From positions 1 to 42,271 of the forward strand of contig JACQNV010000010.1 of NCBI GenBank assembly GCA_016202865.1: a stretch of 42,271 nt of DNA, given 5' to 3'. Both the position numbers and the translations under genes were made by a program. The notes under the pieces were generated by a model. The model was not told where the DNA came from, made no database searches, and was given only the letters and a program-made list of their open reading frames with translations. This document shows, in pieces, positions 24,571 to 31,041 of this stretch; within the stretch, counting starts at the first letter, position 1; every line of letters starts with the position of its first letter. The stretch is from Candidatus Aenigmatarchaeota archaeon. Its GTDB lineage: Archaea > Aenigmatarchaeota > Aenigmatarchaeia > QMZP01 > JACQNV01.

Positions 24571-25056
24571 TTAGTGTGCCAGTTTGTTTATTATTGCTGT
24601 GTAAAAGTCTGTGGAACAGTACCAGCCGCTGCCTATCATCTTGTCAATTATAGACTTTACCTCAGCTTTTGTAATTATCTTCTTTTTGAACAAAAGGAGG
24701 AGAAGGAACACAGAACCAGCATTGTCCACTTTTTCTATTGAAGTCAAGTTCCTAAGTTTCTGGTCGTCGGTTACAGCTGTCCCCTTTAATTTTTTGGCCA
24801 GTTCAAGAACCTCTAAATCAGCTTGCTCAACAACCTTTAGCTGACCTATATCACCTTCTTCCACTGAAAATAATTTTGAATCTACCAACATCTTTATGTA
24901 AACAGCTTCCTCAAAACCCCTTTTTATTCCTACATCTACAACCTCCCTATAAACTTTTGCCGGGATAATAAGTTGCGCATCTAGTTTTTCCAACTTCTCT
25001 AATGTTCTTGCTTTTCCAAGATAGATAAGTGTAACAGCATCAAAAACAAGTATCAT
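24571..25056 (-). CDS. PIN-domain toxin, DUF3368 / COG2405-like
   Basis: MILVFDAVTLIYLGKARTLEKLEKLDAQLIIPAKVYREVVD matches the typical DUF3368 N-terminus (D..PLIYL.K....LL..L....IIP..V..EV). It has a 4-nt ATGA overlap with the upstream antitoxin. Confidence 0.75.
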   Translation of the reverse strand: MILVFDAVTLIYLGKARTLEKLEKLDAQLIIPAKVYREVVDVGIKRGFEEAVYIKMLVDSKLFSVEEGDIGQLKVVEQADLEVLELAKKLKGTAVTDDQKLRNLTSIEKVDNAGSVFLLLLLFKKKIITKAEVKSIIDKMIGSGWYCSTDFYTAIINKLAH

Positions 25057-25358
25057 GACAATGCTCTCTCTATATCCTTTTCAAGGACATCTTTATCTTT
25101 GATCCAAACAGTTTTAGACTCTTTTACCTTTTCTGCAAATGACCAAACATCTAGACCAGCAAATTTTGCAGCAGCTAAAAATGTAAGTTTGCCCTTAGAT
25201 AGTAAATCAACAGCTGTTTTCTCTCTCCACTCTGTTAAGGATGTTTGGAGTAGCTTCCTGATGGCAGTTGATTTGTCCAAATTCTCAGATTCTATAAACT
25301 CCTCCAATTCCTTTTCCAATTCCACGGATAACCTTATAGACAAAGATGTTTCCTTCAT
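25053..25358 (-). CDS. UPF0175 (COG2886)-type antitoxin with N-terminal RHH-like segment (101 aa from the ATG at 25358)
   Basis: MKETSLSIRLSVELEKELEEFIE is RHH-like. AVDLLSKGKLTFLAAAKFAGLDVWSFAEKV matches the UPF0175 signature. The longer track ORF (to 25442) adds a non-protein-like leader. Confidence 0.7.
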   Translation of the reverse strand: MKETSLSIRLSVELEKELEEFIESENLDKSTAIRKLLQTSLTEWREKTAVDLLSKGKLTFLAAAKFAGLDVWSFAEKVKESKTVWIKDKDVLEKDIERALS

Positions 25359-25382
25359 ACAATGTATACTTTGTATTACTTG

Positions 25383-25390
25383 TATAAAAA
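25383..25390 (-). promoter_or_regulatory. Putative TATA box for the antitoxin-toxin operon
   Basis: The minus strand reads TTTTTATA 25-32 nt upstream of the ATG at 25358. Confidence 0.3.
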
Positions 25391-25534
25391 GATCGTGCCT
25401 TATAAATATAACAATGTTATATTGCTGAGCGCCAGACTTCACAATGTTAACTATTTAAATACACTCCCACAACATCTAACTAGAAACTTTTAATGTTTAT
25501 TAAACGTTTACAAAAATTTACTAATGCACTCTAT

Positions 25535-25948
25535 ATGATGTCTAAAACGCCGCAGGAAATTGAAGTCTGGTATATAATCCCAGCCCTAAGGAGGGAATTG
25601 GTAAAAGGCCTCATACAATCGGGGTTGACACAAAAGCAGGCAGCCATGAAGCTCGGCCTTACAGAGTCAGCTGTTTCCCAATATCTGAGCGACAAGAGGG
25701 CAAAAGGCATAAAGTTCAACGAAAAAATTTCAGCCAAAATAAAGGAAGCAGTAAAAAACATCCTTGAGGGTAGCCAGCCAGTCGGCGAAATCTACAGGCT
25801 TACACAACAAGTAAAATTTGACACAACTATATGCAAAGTCCACACGCTTTATGACAACGATGTGCCGGAAGGTTGCAATGTCTGCGAGCTTTACGAGTCG
25901 ACAGAAAATCTAGTTAAAATAAAACAAAAGGAGGCAGTTGCGGTATGA
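25535..25948 (+). CDS. XRE-type HTH transcriptional regulator with a C-terminal 3-Cys cluster, first gene of the suf operon
   Basis: HTH LTQKQAAMKLGLTESAVSQYLS. C-terminus CKVHTLYDNDVPEGCNVCE. Its stop overlaps the sufB start (ATGA at 25945-25948), and an AAGGAGG lies 11 nt before the sufB ATG. The start could be 25493 or 25535. Confidence 0.7.
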   Translation: MMSKTPQEIEVWYIIPALRRELVKGLIQSGLTQKQAAMKLGLTESAVSQYLSDKRAKGIKFNEKISAKIKEAVKNILEGSQPVGEIYRLTQQVKFDTTICKVHTLYDNDVPEGCNVCELYESTENLVKIKQKEAVAV

Positions 25949-27360
25949 GTGAGCAATATCTATCAACTGTCGAATCCTTCAAGAGGGAAACATTCGACTC
26001 AAAAAATGAAGAAAAGAATGTCTTTGATGCAGGCGAAGGTTTAACAGAGGAAATAGTTAAAGAAATTTCCAGGCAAAAAGATGAGCCGGAATGGATGAGA
26101 AAGTTCAGGCTCGATGCGCTCCAAAAATTCTTCGAACTCCCAACACCAAAATGGGGACCAGATCTATCGAAACTCGATCTCAACAAAATAAGATATTTTA
26201 TCAGGCCAGATGCAAAGGAAAACGCAAAAAGCTGGGACGAGCTTCCAGCAGACATAAAATCCACCTTTGAAAGACTGGGAATTCCAGAAGCTGAAAGGAC
26301 AGCTTTGGCTGGTGCTGGTGCGCAATATGAGTCAGCAGCTGTCTATCACAACCTGAAAAAGCAATGGGAAGATAAAGGCGTCATATTCACTGACTGCGAT
26401 ATCGCAATTAAAGAGCACCCAAAAATTTTCAAGGAACATTTCATGACTTCCTGTGTTCCTATGGGTCTCCACAAATTTACAGCCTTGCATGCAGCTGTTT
26501 GGTCAGGCGGCTCCTTTATTTATGTTCCGGAAGATGTGAAAGTTGATTTGCCCTTGCAAGCTTATTTTAGAATGAATGCAATTAAAGGCGGACAGTTTGA
26601 ACACACTCTAATTATTGCAGACAAAAACAGCCAAATATTTTACATTGAAGGTTGCTCAGCCCCAATCTATAATCAAAATTCCCTGCATGCGGGTTGTGTG
26701 GAGCTCCATGTAAAAGAGGGGGCCAGGATGAGGTATTCCTCTGTTGAAAACTGGAGCAAAAATACTTATAACCTTAACACAAAACGCGCAATAGTTTCAA
26801 AAAACGGGACAGTAGAATGGATTGGGGGCAATATGGGGTCGGGGTGTACGATGCTTTACCCTTGCTCGATTTTGAAAGGCGAAAACTCTCGCGCAGATCA
26901 CATAGGTATTGCCTTTGCAGGGAAAGAACAAAACCAGGATGTCGGCGCAAAGGTTTATCATATTGGTAAAAACACAACTTCTATAATCAAATCAAAAAGC
27001 ATAAGCAAAGATGGTGGAGTCACTTCCTACCGCGGCCTTCTTCAAATTGCAAAGGGAGCAACAGGCGCAAAATCCGTTGTTAATTGTGATGCCTTGATGA
27101 TGGACGCGATTTCAAAATCCAATACTTATCCATACATGAAAATCAACGAAAGCAAGGTCGACATAGCACACGAAGCGACTGTGGGAAAGATTTCAAATGA
27201 TCAGATTTTCTATTTAATGAGCAGAGGCATTAAAGAAGAACAGGCAGTTCAAATGATTGTCTCGGGTTTTATTGAGCCAATTGTGAAGGAGCTGCCTCTC
27301 GAATACGCAGTCGAACTAAACAGGTTAATACAACTGGAGATGGAAGGTTCAATTGGTTAA
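25945..27360 (+). CDS. sufB: Fe-S cluster assembly scaffold protein SufB
   Basis: 471 aa with typical SufB segments (FYIEGCSAP, HIGKNT.S.I.SK.IS, ATVGKIS.DQIFYLMSRGI.EE.A). Confidence 0.9.
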   Translation: MSEQYLSTVESFKRETFDSKNEEKNVFDAGEGLTEEIVKEISRQKDEPEWMRKFRLDALQKFFELPTPKWGPDLSKLDLNKIRYFIRPDAKENAKSWDELPADIKSTFERLGIPEAERTALAGAGAQYESAAVYHNLKKQWEDKGVIFTDCDIAIKEHPKIFKEHFMTSCVPMGLHKFTALHAAVWSGGSFIYVPEDVKVDLPLQAYFRMNAIKGGQFEHTLIIADKNSQIFYIEGCSAPIYNQNSLHAGCVELHVKEGARMRYSSVENWSKNTYNLNTKRAIVSKNGTVEWIGGNMGSGCTMLYPCSILKGENSRADHIGIAFAGKEQNQDVGAKVYHIGKNTTSIIKSKSISKDGGVTSYRGLLQIAKGATGAKSVVNCDALMMDAISKSNTYPYMKINESKVDIAHEATVGKISNDQIFYLMSRGIKEEQAVQMIVSGFIEPIVKELPLEYAVELNRLIQLEMEGSIG

Positions 27361-27396
27361 AATTTCCGTGTTTTATAAAAGTTATCATGGTTAGTT

Positions 27397-28635
27397 ATGG
27401 CTCTGGCAACATCCAAAATAGAAAGTGAAAATCTAACTGAAGACCTTGTTAGGGAAATCTCTAAAGAAAAAAATGAGCCGGAATGGCTGTTAAAGCAAAG
27501 GCTGGAGGCCTTCTACAGAATAGATAAAATAGATTTTGGAAATTTCATGTATGGCCTTGGCATAACCATAGACGCCTCAAGTCTTAATCTGGAAAAAATC
27601 AATCCAAAAACCTCCTTCCAAAACCAGCCAGCTTCTTTTAACAGAGCAGACGGAACAGTAGTATCTGACTTGCACGAAGCCTTCAAAACACACGAAAACC
27701 TTATTAAAAAGTATTTGTCATCTGTTCCGGATTTTGAAAATAAACTATCTGTTTTACATGACGCCTTCTGGACAAGAGGCCTTTTTATCTATGTTCCAAG
27801 AGGAGTTGAAACAACGCTTCCAATAAAACTCACATCAATAATGACAAAAACCACACTAATAGAAAACACCCTCATTGTGACTGAGCCCCTGAGCAAGCTA
27901 ACTCTGATAGATGTTTCTGAGTCCAGCGAGAAGGCTTACGGTTTTAGGAGCCAAAAAATAAAAATTTTCGCAGGTGAATCCTCAAAGATAGAATTTTCCG
28001 GCTTCCAAAATTACAGCGAGTTGGTAGCCAACATAAGTGACAGAAAAGCATTCCTGGGAAAAGACGCATCAATAGATTGGATAATAACCGACCTCGGCGG
28101 CAGTCTAACAAAGTCCGATGTCACAACCTACCTTCAGGGCGAAGGCTCATCTGTAAAGAACATAGGCCTGTTTCTAGGCAACGGAAACCAGCAATTCGAT
28201 TTCAATGTGAAGGCAACTCATATAGCCCCTCACACATCTTCTGACATGCTTACAAAAGGCGCCTTGTCAGGAAAATCAAAATCAGTATATAGAGGTTACA
28301 TACAAATCAAAGATACCGCCTCAAAGTCAGCCGGTTACCAAAAAGCAGACATCCTATTGCTGAGTGAGGATGCAGAAGCAGATCCAATCCCAAATCTTGA
28401 AATAGATAATAACGACATAGAAAAATGCACTCATGGCGCAACTGTGGGCCAGATAGACAGGGACAAATTATTTTATATGATGAGCCGCGGTCTCTCAGAA
28501 AAAGAGGCAACAAAAAAGTTTGTTGAGGGTCTGTTCGAGCCTGCTCTGAGCAGGATAAAGGTGGAGGCAATCCAACATCACATCCTCAAAATAATTGAAG
28601 CTAAGCTCGACAAAGTCGTTGAGGAAGAGGTATGA
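27397..28635 (+). CDS. sufD: Fe-S cluster assembly protein SufD
   Basis: 412 aa, a SufB/D-family beta-helix paralogue lacking the SufB Cys region. C-terminus HGATVGQIDRDKLFYMMSRGLSEKEA. Confidence 0.85.
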   Translation: MALATSKIESENLTEDLVREISKEKNEPEWLLKQRLEAFYRIDKIDFGNFMYGLGITIDASSLNLEKINPKTSFQNQPASFNRADGTVVSDLHEAFKTHENLIKKYLSSVPDFENKLSVLHDAFWTRGLFIYVPRGVETTLPIKLTSIMTKTTLIENTLIVTEPLSKLTLIDVSESSEKAYGFRSQKIKIFAGESSKIEFSGFQNYSELVANISDRKAFLGKDASIDWIITDLGGSLTKSDVTTYLQGEGSSVKNIGLFLGNGNQQFDFNVKATHIAPHTSSDMLTKGALSGKSKSVYRGYIQIKDTASKSAGYQKADILLLSEDAEADPIPNLEIDNNDIEKCTHGATVGQIDRDKLFYMMSRGLSEKEATKKFVEGLFEPALSRIKVEAIQHHILKIIEAKLDKVVEEEV

Positions 28636-28636
28636 T

Positions 28637-29854
28637 ATGCTGATAGATGAAATAAGAAACGATTTCCCAATACTGAAGAGGAAGGTAAACGGTAAACCTC
28701 TTGTTTATTTAGACAACGCTGCAACATCCCAAAAACCAAAACAAGTTATAGATGCCATAAAAAACTTTTATGAGACACAAAACGCCAACATCCATCGCGG
28801 TATTCATCAGCTAAGCGAAGAATCAACAGAAGCATTTGAAAGGTCCAGAGAGAAAGTTGCGAAGTTCATCAGTGCAAAACCAGAGCAAATAATCTTCACC
28901 AAAAACACAACAGAATCAATAAACACAATAGCTTATGGTTATGGCTTGAAAAACATAAAGAAGGGCGACGAAATCCTGACAACTGTAATGGAGCACCATT
29001 CCAATTTCCTGCCTTGGCAACTTGTAAAAAAGCATACAGGAGCCACACTAAAAATAGCTGACATAACAGACGACGGCTTGCTAAAGATGAATCACCTTGA
29101 AAAGCTCGCAACCAAAAAAACAAAACTTGTTGCTGTCACTCAAGTATCTAATGTATTGGGAACAATCAATCCAGTAAAGGAGATATCTGAAATCGCACAA
29201 AAAAATAATAGCTTGTTTTTGGTCGACGGAGCGCAGGCAGCACCACATATGCCAGTTGATGTGAAAAAAACAGGCTGCGATTTTTACGCATTCTCCTCGC
29301 ACAAAATGCTCGGGCCAACAGGTATTGGGGTCCTCTACATAAAAGATCCTGATAAAGTGGATCCGTTTTTGGTCGGCGGCGGGACAATAAAAGAAGTTTA
29401 TACAGACAAAGAGGCTGTGTGGCATGATTCGCCATGGAAATTTGAAGGCGGCACACCGGATGTCTCCGGTGTTATTGGTTTTGGCGCAACAGTAGATTAT
29501 TTAAATAAAATAGGCATGGAAAAAATAAGGAAACATGAAGAGGAAATAACAAAATATGCGCTTGATAAATTGCTGAAAATAAAAAATATCACAATATATG
29601 GTCCTATGGATCACAGATTGAGGGGAGCTGTCATAGCCTTTAACATTGGTGGTATCCATCCGCATGATGTCGCAGCTATATTGGATTCAGAAGGCATTGC
29701 AGTAAGACCAGGTCATGCCTGTTGCAAACCTTTAATGTCAAGACTTGACATACTTGCAATGTGTCGCGCAAGCTTTTACATTTACAATACAAAAAACGAA
29801 GCAGATGTCCTTGTGTCTGGCCTGGAAAAGGTGAATAAAATTTTCAAGCGATAA
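28637..29854 (+). CDS. sufS: Cysteine desulfurase SufS (class V aminotransferase, group II)
   Basis: YLDNAATSQKP, HRGIH.LS, SSHKMLGPTGIGVLY (PLP Lys) and RPGHACCKP (catalytic Cys loop). The ATG at 28637 follows the sufD stop by 1 nt; the track ORF from 28595 overlaps sufD. Confidence 0.9.
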   Translation: MLIDEIRNDFPILKRKVNGKPLVYLDNAATSQKPKQVIDAIKNFYETQNANIHRGIHQLSEESTEAFERSREKVAKFISAKPEQIIFTKNTTESINTIAYGYGLKNIKKGDEILTTVMEHHSNFLPWQLVKKHTGATLKIADITDDGLLKMNHLEKLATKKTKLVAVTQVSNVLGTINPVKEISEIAQKNNSLFLVDGAQAAPHMPVDVKKTGCDFYAFSSHKMLGPTGIGVLYIKDPDKVDPFLVGGGTIKEVYTDKEAVWHDSPWKFEGGTPDVSGVIGFGATVDYLNKIGMEKIRKHEEEITKYALDKLLKIKNITIYGPMDHRLRGAVIAFNIGGIHPHDVAAILDSEGIAVRPGHACCKPLMSRLDILAMCRASFYIYNTKNEADVLVSGLEKVNKIFKR

Positions 29855-29856
29855 CT

Positions 29857-30249
29857 ATGTCACTCGATATGTACGCAGAGAACATAATGGATCACTTTAA
29901 TAGTCCCAGGAATAGCGGCGAAGTAAAAGACCCTGACATAAAGCACAAAGAATTCAACCCGTTCTGCGGTGATCAGATTGAGTTGACAGTAAAATTGCGC
30001 AATGGAAAAGAAATTCAGGAAATAAAATTCCAAGGCAAAGGCTGCTCAATAAGCCAAGCCTCAGCTTCCATGCTTACAGAAATTGTAAAAAACAAAAACA
30101 TAGAAGAGGTTAAAAAGCTTACCAAGGAGGATATACTAGATCTCTTGAACATACCAATTGGGCCAGTAAGAATGAAATGCGCATTGTTGGCTCTTGACAC
30201 TCTGCAAAACGGAATAAAGATATACGAACAATACACTAAGAAAAAATAA
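29857..30249 (+). CDS. sufU: SufU / IscU-like sulfur acceptor
   Basis: 130 aa with NPFCGD, GKGCSISQASASM and VRMKCALLALDTL, the three conserved Cys contexts of SufU. Confidence 0.85.
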   Translation: MSLDMYAENIMDHFNSPRNSGEVKDPDIKHKEFNPFCGDQIELTVKLRNGKEIQEIKFQGKGCSISQASASMLTEIVKNKNIEEVKKLTKEDILDLLNIPIGPVRMKCALLALDTLQNGIKIYEQYTKKK

Positions 30250-30259
30250 TGAAGGTAAT

Positions 30260-30997
30260 ATGCCAAATTTAGTAGTAAAGGACTTGCATGCAAGCGTTGA
30301 TGGAACACCAATACTCAAAGGAATAAATCTAGAAGTAAAAGAAGGAGAGGTAAACACCATAATGGGGCCCAACGGCAGCGGAAAATCAACCCTAGCCTAT
30401 ATTCTGATGGGCCACCCAAAATACACGATAGACAAAGGCCAGATACTTATAGACGGGGAAGACATAGCTGGGCTTCCAGCAGACGAGCGAGCTAAAAGAG
30501 GCCTATTCCTATCTTTTCAATATCCTCAGGAAATTTCTGGTGTAACTGTATCTAATTTTTTGCGCACAGCCCTGAGCTCAGTGAAAAATGAAAAAATATC
30601 TGTGATGGACTTCAAGAAACTCATGGACGAAAAGCTTGACATGCTAAAAATGGATCATGCCTTCGGCCGAAGATACCTAAATGAAGGGTTTTCAGGCGGC
30701 GAAAAAAAGAAGGCGGAAATCCTCCAGCTCGCTGTCATACAACCAAAAATAGCAATCCTCGATGAGACAGATTCTGGAACAGATGTTGACGCATTAAAAA
30801 TTATCTCCAACGGCATCAATGTTGTGGCAAAATCCCAGAAAATGGGCATACTCCTAATAACACATTATGACAGGATACTCCAATACATTAAAACAGACCA
30901 TGTGCATGTTCTAGTAGACGGTAAAATAGTCAAATCCGGCGGTCCCGAGTTGGCAAAACAGGTGGAAAGTGAAGGTTACGCCCCTTTGAGGCAATAA
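30260..30997 (+). CDS. sufC: Fe-S cluster assembly ATPase SufC
   Basis: Walker A GPNGSGKST, signature FSGGEKKK, Walker B IAILDETDSG, H-loop ITHY. Confidence 0.9.
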   Translation: MPNLVVKDLHASVDGTPILKGINLEVKEGEVNTIMGPNGSGKSTLAYILMGHPKYTIDKGQILIDGEDIAGLPADERAKRGLFLSFQYPQEISGVTVSNFLRTALSSVKNEKISVMDFKKLMDEKLDMLKMDHAFGRRYLNEGFSGGEKKKAEILQLAVIQPKIAILDETDSGTDVDALKIISNGINVVAKSQKMGILLITHYDRILQYIKTDHVHVLVDGKIVKSGGPELAKQVESEGYAPLRQ

Positions 30998-31010
30998 GGC
31001 CTTTAAGAGC

Positions 31011-31020
31011 AAATATATAC
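31011..31020 (+). promoter_or_regulatory. Putative TATA box for 31042..33969
   Basis: AAATATATAC is centred about 27 nt upstream of the ATG at 31042. Confidence 0.3.
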
Positions 31021-31041
31021 AGCCTAGCCTAATTATTATTA

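Noticed and set aside
25359-25442. A longer antitoxin ORF starting at 25442.
   Set aside because: The extra 28 residues (MKSGAQQYNIVIFIRHDLFIQVIQSIHC) cover the AT-rich promoter/TATA region and are not protein-like. The RHH-like domain begins at the internal ATG at 25358.
28595-28636. A 14-codon N-terminal extension of sufS overlapping sufD (track ORF start 28595).
   Set aside because: The extension (MKLSSTKSLRKRYD) overlaps the conserved sufD C-terminus in another frame. The canonical SufS N-terminus begins at the ATG at 28637, one nt after the sufD stop.
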